Below the pieces are notes generated by a model. It did no database searches. It saw only the letters and a program-made list of their open reading frames with translations, and was not told where the DNA came from. The position numbers were made by a program, and so were the translations under genes. This document shows, piece by piece, positions 27,110 to 38,500 of a stretch of 64,000 nt of DNA; the first letter of the stretch is position 1, and each line of letters begins with the position of its first letter. Source of the DNA: Minisyncoccota bacterium (GTDB lineage: Bacteria; Patescibacteriota; Minisyncoccia; Phycocordibacterales; UBA2100); contig DATJXE010000004.1 in NCBI GenBank assembly GCA_035500505.1, positions 126,977 to 190,976 on the forward strand, written 5' to 3'.

Positions 27110-27379
27110 ATGGGAACAGTCGTTACGTTGCGGCAGGATCCGAATCGGCCCATCGAACAAAGGCTCTATGCGCGGTCGATGGTCGCGTGCACATTGAGAA
27201 CTTACGCTTTGAGCGAGGCCTACTTGCACGTCTTGGAATACCATCCCGAATCGCAGACGCTCCAGGATCGGTTTGCTCTTGCCGTCGAAATCGCCAAATG
27301 GGCATTGTTCAAAGCCGGAAAAAGCCTGATAGAAAATCCCCCGTTCATCGTGTCTGAATTGAGACCTCCGCCTTCGTGA
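27110..27379 (+). CDS. 89-aa soluble hypothetical protein
   Basis: AAGGGGA RBS before ATG 27110 preferred over ORF-track TTG 27053 (RBS spacing only 2-3 nt). Confidence 0.4.
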   Translation: MGTVVTLRQDPNRPIEQRLYARSMVACTLRTYALSEAYLHVLEYHPESQTLQDRFALAVEIAKWALFKAGKSLIENPPFIVSELRPPPS

Positions 27380-27397
27380 TGGATCAGGGAGACGAAA

Positions 27398-27721
27398 ATG
27401 GTCAATAAAGCATTGAGGAGCATGGTTGGCGTCGCCTTGGGAAGCCTGCGGGAACATTCCTTCGAGATCGGCGTAATCCTCGGAGCCCTGGCGTTCGGCA
27501 TGATGATACTCATCGTGCCGATCCTCCTGGTCGGCGAGCCGCTAACAGGTACACTGTCATTGCGCCAGGAGCTGGTCGGGATATTCAGCGCCATGGTAGG
27601 AACCATGACCGTAATCACGATCTCGCTGAGCATTCTTTGCTCCCGCCCTGATACGGGAAGCAACCCTCCACGCGGCCGGAAACCTCCTCCGGCCGTTTCG
27701 TTTTGCCTTCTGGAAGTTTAA
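27398..27721 (+). CDS. 107-aa 3-TM miniprotein
   Basis: GGGAGACGAAA RBS; helices GVILGALAFGMMILIVPILLVG, LVGIFSAMVGTMTVITISLSIL. Confidence 0.5.
   Translation: MVNKALRSMVGVALGSLREHSFEIGVILGALAFGMMILIVPILLVGEPLTGTLSLRQELVGIFSAMVGTMTVITISLSILCSRPDTGSNPPRGRKPPPAVSFCLLEV
27673..27705 (+). terminator. cassette module E hairpin (CGGCCGGA-AACCTCC-TCCGGCCG) + TTTCGTTTTG; array end
   Basis: Fifth copy, lacks the downstream TATAGCAT; overlaps last codons of 27398..27721. Confidence 0.55.
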
Positions 27722-28057
27722 CTAATTGGACACTGGGGTTGTGCCAGGGTCTTGGCGGCTGTACACGAAGGTCCAAACTTTGTTGTCAGGATCCGGTCGG
27801 GTAACAGTCGTAATGGCATCGAGCTCTCCTTGAGAAGTTTGATCATTCACCCAACCTTTTTGTTTCAACCTGTTCCAGATAGTTGTTGACACTGCGCTCC
27901 CATGTTCGTTCCAAAAACCGTCGAGTTCCCTCCTGCTCACGGCTCCGGCGAAATGGAATTCAAATTCGATCACGTTCCCGTGGTCGCGAATATTTGTCTT
28001 GACAAGCTCAATGTATTCCGGCGATGTAGATCGGGGACGTTCTGGGGATTCTTTCAT
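27722..28057 (-). CDS. hypothetical protein (111 aa)
   Basis: ORF convergent on the array; no motifs. Confidence 0.4.
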   Translation of the reverse strand: MKESPERPRSTSPEYIELVKTNIRDHGNVIEFEFHFAGAVSRRELDGFWNEHGSAVSTTIWNRLKQKGWVNDQTSQGELDAITTVTRPDPDNKVWTFVYSRQDPGTTPVSN

Positions 28058-28080
28058 TGGGAGCAGTTTACCACCTCAGA

Positions 28081-29340
28081 TCAGTAACTCCGCAACTGCT
28101 TCGCCCGCTCGTGGAAGCGGATACGTTCCAATGCCTTGGCTTCTATTTGGCGGATGCGCTCGCGCGTGACGCCGAATTCGCGGCCGACTTCTTCGAGGGT
28201 GTAGCAGATGCCCTCGTCGGTGAGACCGTTGCGCATTTCCAAGATCTTGCGCTCTTTCGGAGAAAGTTCGTCGAGGATGTCCATCATTTGCTCGGAGAGA
28301 ATGCGGCGCGAGGCGTCTTGGTCGGGTGATGCGATGGTTTCGTCCGCAATGAAGCTGCCAAGCGTTGAGCGCTCGTCGTCATCCTCGCCTACCGGACTCT
28401 CCAAAGAGACAGTGTCTTGGTTGATTTTCTGGATGGTGTAGATTTTCTCCACCTCAATGCCCATTTCGGCGGCGATTTCTTCCGGAAGCGGATCGCGGCC
28501 CAAATGTTGGCTCAATTCCCTCACTTTTTGCTTATATTTCGCGATAGTTTCGACCATGTGCACCGGGATGCGGATGGTGCGCGACTGGTCGGCGAGCGCG
28601 CGGGTGATGGCCTGGCGGATCCACCAGGTCGCGTAGGTCGAGAATTTGTAGCCCTTGGTGTAGTCGAATTTGTCGACTGCCTTGAAGAGACCAAGGTTGC
28701 CTTCCTGGATGAGGTCGAGGAGCGTGAGGTCGGGCGAGCGATTCACATATTTCTTGGCGATGGAAACCACGAGGCGGAGGTTGGAGCGCGCAAGAATGCC
28801 ACGAGCTTCATCGTCGCCTTCGACGATGCGCTTCGCAAGCGTCTTTTCCTGCTCACCATTCAAAAGCGGATACTGCCCTATCTCGCGCAAATACATCTGG
28901 ACGGAATCGTAGCCGGAGTCGGAGCGGCGATTCTGCAACTTCTTGCGCTCAAGCACGGAATCTGCCGAGGTGTCCTCGAGCATGCCGCCGCCTTCGAGCA
29001 CGTCGATGCCGGCCGCGCCGAAGCGCTCATACATCTCTTCGAGCAACGTCATGTTGTCCTCTATCGTCGGGAACTCGCGAAGGATCTCGTCGTAGGTGAT
29101 GTACCCGCGCTCGCGGCCGAGTTTGATGAGCGCTTCCACCTTGGTCTGCGCTTTGCCCTGCAAAAGAAGCGACTTCGCCTTCGAGCGTGCCGCGGGACGC
29201 TTCGAAGTTTTGCGTGCTCTGCCAACGGCAAAGCGCGCAGCGCGAGAGGACGCCGAACGGCGTTTTGCGACATGGGAAGAGGCGGCGCGCTTCACGCGCT
29301 TCATCGTCCTCTTTTTCGTGTGTTTTTTGGATGAAGCCAT
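28081..29340 (-). CDS. rpoD: RNA polymerase primary sigma factor (sigma-70)
   Basis: Regions 2-4: [50 protein letters not shown]; basic N-terminal tail. Confidence 0.9.
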   Translation of the reverse strand: MASSKKHTKKRTMKRVKRAASSHVAKRRSASSRAARFAVGRARKTSKRPAARSKAKSLLLQGKAQTKVEALIKLGRERGYITYDEILREFPTIEDNMTLLEEMYERFGAAGIDVLEGGGMLEDTSADSVLERKKLQNRRSDSGYDSVQMYLREIGQYPLLNGEQEKTLAKRIVEGDDEARGILARSNLRLVVSIAKKYVNRSPDLTLLDLIQEGNLGLFKAVDKFDYTKGYKFSTYATWWIRQAITRALADQSRTIRIPVHMVETIAKYKQKVRELSQHLGRDPLPEEIAAEMGIEVEKIYTIQKINQDTVSLESPVGEDDDERSTLGSFIADETIASPDQDASRRILSEQMMDILDELSPKERKILEMRNGLTDEGICYTLEEVGREFGVTRERIRQIEAKALERIRFHERAKQLRSY

Positions 29341-29466
29341 AAAAATGATGCGAACACGCGAGAAAGCCGCCCCGCCTCCGCGGAAGCTGCTCTCACCGTG
29401 TCATCTTCTTTACTCATTTGATGGCTACTTTATTTCACCATCATCCCACGAGCAAAGGGAGGCATT

Positions 29467-31176
29467 CTACGCCATTCCGTCGAGCTGCGCAATGCGGCTT
29501 TTCAACAGGTTATACACAGTTTTTAAACGTTTAACTTCGGCCTCCTTCCCCTCTTCCTGCGCCAACAGCATGGCGTCATGGATCTCTGGCAAGCGTTCGG
29601 TGCGAAGGAGTTCGCGCACATGCATCCGCGCGTCGCTTTCAAGAGAGCGGCTTTTGCCGTGGTCGCGCTCTGCTTCGAAGCGCAGCGACTCCTGTTCCTC
29701 AGCGGGCAATGTGCGAAGCTTCTCGAATGAGTCTTTCCCGATGATTTCTTCAAGTTCCTTTGAAAATGCCTCTATGTCCAAGATCGGTTTCGGGAGCGAC
29801 TCTTGCCATAAGAGGAGGGCGAACGCTTGCCGCGCGCGGTCGGCCTTCGGTCGCACCGGTTTCGTCTCTTCTTCCTGCGACCGCTCCGGTTGAGGCATCT
29901 GCGGCAGCTTGGAGAGCGTTTCGCTTACTGCCGATTCTGAAACACTAAGCCGCGAAGCGATCTCGCGCACGTATTGCTCGCGCGCTATCGGCGAACGCAC
30001 ATCGGAGAGGAACGGCAGCACGGCGGCCTCGACGGAGCGGCGGAAATTGTCGGGACTTTTCGCATGTTCTTCGAGTACGTCGAGCAGGAACGTGATGATG
30101 TCCTTCGAATCGCGTATCGCTTTCTTCCACGCGTCGGCTCCCTGGGCGAGGATGAGGTCCGCCGGGTCCGATCCAGCCGGCAGGCGCGCGACTTTCACGT
30201 TGAGGCCGCCTTGGAGCGCGGCGCGCGCAGCGCGGCTCGCGGCTTTGATACCGGCTTCGTCAGCATCGAGCGCCAAGACGAGATTGTCGGTCATTCGACG
30301 GATAAGGGCCGCGTGCTCGGGCGTAAAGGCGGTGCCGGAAACCGCGACCGTATTCCCCCATCCGGCCTGGTGCGAAGCCAAGAGATCCATCTGACCTTCG
30401 ACCAAAACGGCGCAAGAAAGCTTGCGCATGGCCAACTTTGCCTTGTCGAAGCCGTAGAGAACGCGAGACTTGTGGAAGAGCGGCGTTTCGGGAGAATTCA
30501 GGTATTTCGGGGCCTCCGGCGAGGCGTTCTCGCCAAAAATACGCCCAGAAAAGGCTATGATGCGACCCGCGGAGTCGGCTATCGGGAACATGATGCGGTT
30601 GCGGAACTTATCCAAAATGCCCCTATCGCCTTTTTTGCCGACGCCCGCGTCGATGATCTCCTTGTCGGAAAACCCCTTCGATCTCAAGAAGTCGCAAGCG
30701 TCCGTCCAGCCGGCCCCCGCGAGTCCAAGACGGAATTCTTTGATCGTCGCGTCTTTCAACCCGCGCTCGCGCAGATACTTTTTCGCGTCATCAGAAAGTT
30801 TGGATGCGTGGTGGATCGTCGCCACTTCCATCAACTCGAACAACCGCTCACGCTCGTCTTTTTTCTCTTTGCCGCCGCACTCGTAGACTATCTCAACGCC
30901 TGCTTTGTCGGCCAGCACTTTCAGGGCGCCTTTGAAATCGAGTCCTTCTATTTTCTCCACGAACGTGAAGATGTCGCCGCCTTCGCCACACCCGAAACAG
31001 TGAAAAGTGCCACGCTCGGCGGAGACGAAGAACGAGGGCGTCTTCTCCGCGTGGAACGGACAGCGCGCGCGCAAAGTCGAACCCGCCCTGTCGAGCTTCA
31101 CGTATTGCGACACGACGTCCACGATGGAAAGCCTGTCTTTTATTTGTTGTACGGTGTCCGACGCCATCGCAGTCAT
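29467..31176 (-). CDS. dnaG: DNA primase
   Basis: CHC2 zinc finger CPFHAEKTPSFFVS...HCFGCG, Toprim region EGQMD...D..LALDAD; GGAG RBS before ATG 31176. Confidence 0.9.
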   Translation of the reverse strand: MTAMASDTVQQIKDRLSIVDVVSQYVKLDRAGSTLRARCPFHAEKTPSFFVSAERGTFHCFGCGEGGDIFTFVEKIEGLDFKGALKVLADKAGVEIVYECGGKEKKDERERLFELMEVATIHHASKLSDDAKKYLRERGLKDATIKEFRLGLAGAGWTDACDFLRSKGFSDKEIIDAGVGKKGDRGILDKFRNRIMFPIADSAGRIIAFSGRIFGENASPEAPKYLNSPETPLFHKSRVLYGFDKAKLAMRKLSCAVLVEGQMDLLASHQAGWGNTVAVSGTAFTPEHAALIRRMTDNLVLALDADEAGIKAASRAARAALQGGLNVKVARLPAGSDPADLILAQGADAWKKAIRDSKDIITFLLDVLEEHAKSPDNFRRSVEAAVLPFLSDVRSPIAREQYVREIASRLSVSESAVSETLSKLPQMPQPERSQEEETKPVRPKADRARQAFALLLWQESLPKPILDIEAFSKELEEIIGKDSFEKLRTLPAEEQESLRFEAERDHGKSRSLESDARMHVRELLRTERLPEIHDAMLLAQEEGKEAEVKRLKTVYNLLKSRIAQLDGMA

Positions 31177-31255
31177 TATGCTCCATCCAAAATGGAAAAG
31201 CGAAAGCCCGACATTTGCGTCGGGCATTCGATAGAACTTGATCCACAGAACTTGA

Positions 31256-31735
31256 TCAGCTGCACGCCAGCATGTCGTCACCCGGCTTGTCGCCTAAGGG
31301 GGCATAGTGTGCTTCGGAGACGGCCATCGGGATGAACTGAACGCAGTACTTCAGAACGAGCGCGTCGAGGTCCCCGAGCGTGACGGCGTCCGTCGACGCA
31401 TACAGCGCGATGGAGCGATCGGTGGCTGTGCCGTCGGACTTCTGTGCATCCGTGCAGTGTGGGAACAGCACGGCAGCGAGGCCCGGGAACAACGTGTCCT
31501 TTCGGACTACCTTGAATACCAGTCCTCGGGCCCAGAAATAGCCGTCCTCGGTCTTTTCGATGAACGGACACCTGTATTCGCGAAGTCCGTTCGCCGCCTT
31601 GACCAGAACTGATGTGTTCAGGCCTCGCCGTGATTCGAACCACTTTGCGTATGCATCCTGAAGCTTTGGCAGACTGGGCGGAAAGAACGGCCCACGCCAG
31701 CGCTTGAGTTTCGTATTAACTTGTTGGTTGCTCAT
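31256..31735 (-). CDS. hypothetical protein (160 aa) between rpoC and dnaG
   Basis: ATG at 31735; no recognisable motifs. Confidence 0.4.
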   Translation of the reverse strand: MSNQQVNTKLKRWRGPFFPPSLPKLQDAYAKWFESRRGLNTSVLVKAANGLREYRCPFIEKTEDGYFWARGLVFKVVRKDTLFPGLAAVLFPHCTDAQKSDGTATDRSIALYASTDAVTLGDLDALVLKYCVQFIPMAVSEAHYAPLGDKPGDDMLACS

Positions 31736-31842
31736 CGCGCTTCCTCCTCGGCCCTCTGCCGAATTCGAATGGCACTTTCGGCTTTGTACCACGAAAAACG
31801 CGCCGTTCAAAGCGGCGCGTTTTTCGTGCATTAGCTTGGCGA

Positions 31843-34800
31843 TTAGCGCTCGACCGTGTCGCGCTCCCGTTCGGTCGTCGGTATTTCGACCGGCTGTTGC
31901 GACTGGATCTCGGCTTCCATCTGCTCGACCAGCTCATATTTTTTGCTGCCCGCAAAGCCGGTGCCGGCGGGGATGAGACGGCCAATAATAACGTTCTCCT
32001 TGAGGCCGACAAGGCGGTCGACGGCGCCGCCGACGGCGGCTTCGGCCAACTTGCGCGGCGTGTTCTGGAAGGAGATCGCCGAGAGGAAGGATGCGCGCGT
32101 GAGCGAGACTTCGGTGATACCGAGCAAAAGCTGCTTGCCTTTCGCCGGTTCTTTGTCATTCTCTTTCGCCACTTTATTCAAGCGTTCGAATTCGAAGTCG
32201 GCGACGATGTCGCCCGCGGATACGCCCGTGTCGCCCACCGAGGTGATGGAGACGCGCGAGAACATCTGCTTGACGATGATCTCCAGGTGCTTACGCGCGG
32301 TCGAAACACCCTGCAATTCGTAGATGCGGGTGATCTCGCCGATGATGTACTCCTGGGAGCGCTCCTTGCCTGCGTAGAGGAAGAGCTCATCGAGGTCCGC
32401 GGAGCCGTTGGTGAGGAAGTCTCCCTTCTGCACGGAGTCGCCGACTTTGACGACGATGGTGCGGAGCGGGTGGACGCGGTATTCGGTCTCTTTCTTGGCA
32501 CCCTTTGCGGTCTTCGCGGTCGAGGCGGTTTCGGGAACGATGGTGATGACCATTTCGTCGCCGTCCTTCACGATGTCGGAAATGACGCCGGACACGCGAG
32601 CAATTGTCGCAGGAAGCTTCGGCGCGCGCGTTTCGAAGACCTCTTCGACGCGCGGCAGACCCATGGTGATGTCGCCGCCCGCGCTCGCAACGCCTCCGGT
32701 GTGGAAGGTACGCATCGTGAGCTGGGTGCCCGGCTCGCCGATCGCCTGCGCGGCGATAACGCCGACCGCTTCACCGACGTCGACGATCTCTCCCGTCGTG
32801 AGGTCGAGGCCGTAGCATTTCTGACAAACGCCGCGCGCGACCTTGCAGGTCATGGGCGAACGTACAGTGACTTCTTTGATGCTCGCGTCATCCTCGATGG
32901 CCTTCGCGTCGTCGCGGCTCACGAGGTGGCCGCGCTTGAATGTCCCCGCTTCTTCGGCCAATACCCTCCCGACAACTCTATCGGCGAACGAACCGCCGAT
33001 GTTCTCTTTGCCCGGGCGCTGTATCGCGACCCCGCCGTGCGTGCCGCAATCGTCTTCCAGTACAACGACGTCGTGCGCGACGTCGAAGAGGCGGCGCGTG
33101 AGGTAGCCGGCGCGCGCGGTGTTGAGTGCGGTGTCGGCCAAGCCTTTGCGGGCGCCGTGGGTCGAGATGAAGTATTCGATGGGCGTGAGACCTTCTTTCA
33201 AGGATGCGGTGATCGGGAATTCGATGATCTCGCCGCGCGGGTTGGTGATGAGTCCTTTCATACCGGCCATTTGGTGCAGCTGGACGACGCTACCACGAGC
33301 GCCGGAGGTTATCATGTCGTGCACCGGACCCTGCTTGTCGAGGGCCTCGACGACGTGCTTGCGGAGGTCGCCGGACACTTTCGCCCAGATCTCGATGGTC
33401 ATGCGCTTGCGCTCTTCTTCGGTGAGGAGTCCCTGCTGGTAGTTCTCCTCTTCCTTCGCGACGGCCTCGCGGCCCGCCTTGACCAGCCCTTCTTTCACTT
33501 CGGGAACGACGACGTCGGAGAGCGACCACGTGATGCCGGCCTCGGTCGCGTAGCGGAATCCGAACGCCTTTATCTTGTCGAGGATGGCGGGGATGCCGTC
33601 GAGCTTGTAGCGCGTGACGAGCTGGTGCACGAGCGAGTTCATCCGCTTGTTGGTTATTTCTTCATTGAGGAACGGGAAATCGCTCGGCAGGACGGAGTTG
33701 AAGAGAAGCCTGCCGACGCTCGTCTCGAAAACCTTGCCTTCGAACTGCGCGTACTTCGCGCTGTCGCCCGGCAGGACCTTTATCTTCGCGCGCAGATCGA
33801 CCGCGCCGAAATCGTGCGCGGTGATGGCGGCGTTGGTCGAGGGGAACGACTTCCCTTCGCCCGCGAGACCCTCGACTTGTTTGGTCATCCAGTAGCAGCC
33901 CAGGACGATGTCGAGCAATTTGGATGCGACGACGACGTCGCCGCTCCCAGGCTTCAAGACGTTCTTGTTGGCCGACATTATTTTTGCGGCCTCCATTTGC
34001 GCGGCTTCGGAGAGCGGCACGTGCACGGCCATGGCGTCGCCGTCGAAGTCGGCGTTGTACGCCGGGCAGACGAGCGGGTGCACCTGGATGGCGTTGCCTT
34101 CGATGAGGACCGGGCGGAAGGCCTGGATGGACTGGCGGTGGAGGGTCGGCGCGCGGTTCAAAAGCACGTACTTCCCTTTGATGGCCTCTTCGAGGATGGG
34201 CCAGACTTCCGGCGCTTCGTCTTCTATCAAGCGGCCGGCGCCGCGAATGTTGTAGGCGTGTTCCCTGGCGAGCAATCCTTGGATGACGAACGGGCGGAAC
34301 AGTTCCAAGACCATGTGTTTCGGAAGCCCGCACTCGTCGAGCGCGAGTTCGGGACCGACGACGATGACGGAACGTCCCGAGTAGTCAACGCGCTTGCCGA
34401 GGAGGTTCTGGCGGAGGTACCCGTGCTTGCCCTTGAGGTAATCGGCGAGCGATTTGAGCGCGCGACGGCGGCCTCCGAGAATACCAAGCACGCCTGCGCC
34501 GCGGCGCATGGAGTTGTCGAGAAGAGCGTCGACCGCCTCCTGCAAGATGCGCTTTTCGTTGCGCAAGATGACTTCCGGCGCGTGTATCTGCTGGAGACGC
34601 TTCAAACGGTTATTCCTGTTGATGACGCGGCGATAGAGGTCGTTGAGATCGGAAGACGCGTGGCGGCCGCCTTCGAGCGCGACCATGGGCCGAAGCGCCG
34701 GCGGAACGACCGGAAGGCGCGTCATGAACATCCACTCCGGACGGACGTCGGCGCGGCGCAGGCTCTCGGCGAGCGAGAGGCGCTTGCGCAGCTTGTCGCG

Positions 34801-35550
34801 TTCGGCGGCTCCCGCCGTCTCATACTCTTCCTTGGCGTTCTTGATGAACGCATTGAGGTCGATCTTCTTCAGTATTTCGTACAGCGCTTCGGCGCCGATG
34901 GCGGCGCGGAACATCGCGCCGTATTTGACGGCGAAAAGGTGGTAGGCGGCTTCGTCGAGGACGGCGCCGACCTGCACGGATTCGATCTCTTTCTTCGCCT
35001 TGGTCGCTTTGTCCTTGAGTTCGGTTTTAATGTCTGCGTTGGCCGCCGACTTCGTCTTTGTCTGGAATTCGTGTTCGAGGTCTTTCAACAGGCGCGTTCG
35101 CTCGTCTTCGTCGACGGACGTGACGATGTAGCCCGCGAAGTACACTACTTTCTCCACTTCGGCGGCGGAAAGGCCGAGCATGAGCGCAATGCGCGACGGG
35201 ATGCCGCGGAGGAACCAGATGTGCGCGACGGGCGTTGCGAGATCGATGTGACCCATACGCTCGCGACGGACGATGGCGCGCGTAATTTCGACGCCGCACT
35301 TCTCGCAGACGATGCCGCGGAAACGGATACCTCGATACTTGCCGCAGTAGCATTCGTAATCCTTTTCGGGGCCGAACACGCGCTCGTCGAAGAGGCCGTT
35401 CTTTTCCGGCCTTTGCGTTCTGTAGTTGATGGTCTCTGGCTTCGTGATCTCGCCGAAACTCCACTCCAGCACGCGGTCAGGAGAGGCCAATCGCATCGCG
35501 ACGGCGCTGAAATCCTGCGGGATCATGTCTTTTCGTTTTGGTGTTGCCAT
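31843..35550 (-). CDS. rpoC: DNA-directed RNA polymerase subunit beta'
   Basis: 1235 aa; NADFDGD catalytic motif, zinc-binding CxxC pairs near N-terminus. Confidence 0.95.
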   Translation of the reverse strand: MATPKRKDMIPQDFSAVAMRLASPDRVLEWSFGEITKPETINYRTQRPEKNGLFDERVFGPEKDYECYCGKYRGIRFRGIVCEKCGVEITRAIVRRERMGHIDLATPVAHIWFLRGIPSRIALMLGLSAAEVEKVVYFAGYIVTSVDEDERTRLLKDLEHEFQTKTKSAANADIKTELKDKATKAKKEIESVQVGAVLDEAAYHLFAVKYGAMFRAAIGAEALYEILKKIDLNAFIKNAKEEYETAGAAERDKLRKRLSLAESLRRADVRPEWMFMTRLPVVPPALRPMVALEGGRHASSDLNDLYRRVINRNNRLKRLQQIHAPEVILRNEKRILQEAVDALLDNSMRRGAGVLGILGGRRRALKSLADYLKGKHGYLRQNLLGKRVDYSGRSVIVVGPELALDECGLPKHMVLELFRPFVIQGLLAREHAYNIRGAGRLIEDEAPEVWPILEEAIKGKYVLLNRAPTLHRQSIQAFRPVLIEGNAIQVHPLVCPAYNADFDGDAMAVHVPLSEAAQMEAAKIMSANKNVLKPGSGDVVVASKLLDIVLGCYWMTKQVEGLAGEGKSFPSTNAAITAHDFGAVDLRAKIKVLPGDSAKYAQFEGKVFETSVGRLLFNSVLPSDFPFLNEEITNKRMNSLVHQLVTRYKLDGIPAILDKIKAFGFRYATEAGITWSLSDVVVPEVKEGLVKAGREAVAKEEENYQQGLLTEEERKRMTIEIWAKVSGDLRKHVVEALDKQGPVHDMITSGARGSVVQLHQMAGMKGLITNPRGEIIEFPITASLKEGLTPIEYFISTHGARKGLADTALNTARAGYLTRRLFDVAHDVVVLEDDCGTHGGVAIQRPGKENIGGSFADRVVGRVLAEEAGTFKRGHLVSRDDAKAIEDDASIKEVTVRSPMTCKVARGVCQKCYGLDLTTGEIVDVGEAVGVIAAQAIGEPGTQLTMRTFHTGGVASAGGDITMGLPRVEEVFETRAPKLPATIARVSGVISDIVKDGDEMVITIVPETASTAKTAKGAKKETEYRVHPLRTIVVKVGDSVQKGDFLTNGSADLDELFLYAGKERSQEYIIGEITRIYELQGVSTARKHLEIIVKQMFSRVSITSVGDTGVSAGDIVADFEFERLNKVAKENDKEPAKGKQLLLGITEVSLTRASFLSAISFQNTPRKLAEAAVGGAVDRLVGLKENVIIGRLIPAGTGFAGSKKYELVEQMEAEIQSQQPVEIPTTERERDTVER

Positions 35551-35555
35551 AAGGA

Positions 35556-38500
35556 TTAGGAGTTACGTGCAGATTCGCTGCCTTCTAAAAATTCGATGTC
35601 GATGCCAAGCCCGCGCAAGTGTCTGACCAGGACGTTGAACGTGGCCGGCGTGTTGGTCTCTTCGATGCGCTTGCCGGAGACGATGGCGTCGAATGCCGCC
35701 GAACGTCCCAGGATGTCGTCGGATTTGATGGTGAGAATTTCGCGCAGAGAGTATGCGGCGCCGTAGCCGAGGAACGCCCAGACTTCCATTTCCCCGACGC
35801 GCTGGCCGCCGTTCTGCGCCTTGCCGCCGAGCGGTTGCTGCGTCGTGAGCGAGTACGGACCGATGGAGCGCATGTGTATCTTGTCCTCCACCATGTGGTG
35901 CAATTTCAGCATGTACATGACGCCGACGGAGACCGGCTGCGCAAAAGCCTCGCCGGTGCGGCCGTCGAAGAGTGTGCGCTTGCCGCTCTCGTGCACGCCC
36001 GCCTTCTTGAGCTCCTCTTTGATCTCCACTTCGGTCGCCGAAGCGAACGACGGAACGACCGCCTGGTAGCCGAGCATTTCCGCCGCGAGGCCGAGATGCG
36101 TTTCGTAGATCTGGCCCAAGTTCATACGCGAGGGCACGCCGAGCGGGGTCAGGATGATGTCCACCGGGTTGCCGTCTTGATCGAAGGGCATGTCCTCTTC
36201 CGGGAGCACGCGAGAAATGACACCCTTGTTGCCGTGGCGGCCGGCGAGCTTGTCGCCTACCGAGATGGCTCGGAGTTGCGCCACTTCGACGTGGACGCGC
36301 TTGATGACGCCGCTTTCGAGCTGGTCGCCGTTCTCGCGCGAAAACACTTTGACGCCAACGATGCGGCCGCGCTTGCCGCCTTCCATGCGAAGGCTCGTAT
36401 CTTTCACGTCCTTCGCCTTCTCACCGAAAATGGCATGCAAGAGGCGCTCCTCGGGCGTGAGCTGCGTTTCGCCTTTGGGCGTTACCTTGCCGACCAAGAT
36501 GTCGCCAGGGCGGACTTCCGCACCGATCCTGATGACACCGTCCTCGTCGAGGTTGCGGAGTTTGAATTCGGAAACGTTGGGGATGTCGTGGGTCGTGACT
36601 TCCGCGCCGAGCTTGGTGTCGCGGACGACGCAGACGAACTCTTCCATGTGGATGGAGGTGAATTTCGCGTCCTTTGCAAGACGCTCGGAGATGACGATGG
36701 CATCCTCGAAGTTGGCGCCGAACCAGGGCAAAAAGGCGACGCGCACGTTCTGGCCGATGGCGAGCTGTCCGCCCACGGACGTCGATGTATCCGCGAGAAC
36801 GGTGCCCTTGCGCACCGTGTCTCCCACCGAAACGAGCGGGCGCTGGTGGAACGTGGTGAAGCCGTTGGTCCGCATAAAATTCACGAGGTTGTACTCTTTG
36901 GTCTTGCCGTCCTGGTTCTTGATCTTGATCGACTGCGCGTCGGCGAAGGTCACCTCGCCCGCCTCTTCGGCGACGACAAGTCTGCCGGAGTCGCGTGCGG
37001 CGGCGCTTTCGACGCCCGTCGCGACGACCGGCGCTTCGGGCACCACGAGCGGTACGGCTTGTTTCTGCATGTTCGAACCCATGAGCGCGCGGTTCGCGTC
37101 GTCATTCTCGACGAACGGGATGAGGGACGTTGCGACGGAGAACGGCTGGTTGGTCGCAACTTCTATGTAATCGACGTCTTCGCGACGCACCAACGTGGGC
37201 TTGCCGCCTTTGCGGACCTCGACCATCTTCTCGCTTATCTTGCCGTTGTCGTCCCGGGGCGTCGCGGCGTGCGCGATGGCGAAATCCTCTTCCTCAAGCG
37301 CGTTCAGGTAATTGATATCCTTGGTGATGCTTCCCTTCTCGACTTTCGCGTAGGGAGTTTCGATGATGCCGAATTCGTTGGGGCGCGCGTAGAGCGACAT
37401 GTGCAAGACAAGCCCGATGTTCTTGCCTTCGGGCGTGTGAATGGGACAGACGCGGCCGTAGTGCGAGGAGTGTACGTCGCGCACTTCCAATCCGGCGCGC
37501 TCCGAGGTGAGGCCGCCGCGGCCGAGCGTTGAGAGCGTGCGGAGGTGTTCTATCTCGTCGAGCACGTTGTACTGCTGCATGAGCTGCGAGAGCTGATCGG
37601 TCGTGAAGAACTCGCGGATGGCGGCATGGAAGGGGCGCGGGTTGACCATCGAGACCGGGAGGGTCGTTTCGGGATCCACCATCGCCATGCGGTCCTGGAT
37701 ATTCCGTTTCATTCTGGACAGACCGACGCGCATCCGCTGCTCGAGCAATTCCCCCGCAAAACGCACGCGACGGAAACCGAGGTGGTCGATGTCGTCCGCT
37801 TCCGCGTTGGGATTGGCGTTCAATTCGACGATGTGCGTGATGATCTTCACGAGCGTCTCGAGGTCGAGCGTCGAGCGTGCGAGGTGCTTCTCGTCGGTCG
37901 GGAGCCCGAAGCGGCGGTTGAAGTGGAAGCGGCCAACCCGAGAGAAGTCGTAGCGCTCCGCCGAAAGTATTGCCTCAACGTGGTCACGCGCGCTTTCCGC
38001 CGTGGCGATGTCGCCGTCGCGGAGCCTGCGGTAGATCTCGACGAACGCCTCTTCGACCGATTTTGCGTGATCGAGAGCCAGGGTCGTTGAGACCATGTCC
38101 CGAACGGCAGCGCTGCCCCCGCCTTTGGCGGAGAATTTTTGCATCATTTCGGCATCGGTTTTGAGGCCCAACACGCGCAAAAGCGAGGTGACCGGAAAGC
38201 GGCGTTTGCGGTCAATCTTCACATAGATAGCGCCGTCCGGGTCGGACTCTATCTCGATCCATACGCCGCGTGCGGGGATAATCTTCGCTGCGAAATAATT
38301 CTTGCCTTTGTAGGGAATGCCTTCAAAAAAGACACCGTAGGAGCGGGCGAGCTGGGGCACGACGATGCGTTCGACGCCGTTGATGATGAAGGTGCCGTGC
38401 GCGGTCATCCACGGAAAATCGGCCAGGAATATCTCCTGTTCTTTCTTGTCGCCGGTCGTCTTGTTCCTCAAGCGCACCACCATCGAAAGCGGCGCCTCGT

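Noticed and set aside
25006-27705. Integron-like gene-cassette array (hairpins as attC sites)
   Set aside because: Hairpins are short perfect GC stems followed by T-runs (terminator-like), lack attC R/L core sites (GTTRRRY) and extrahelical bases, each cassette carries its own promoter, and no intI integrase is nearby.
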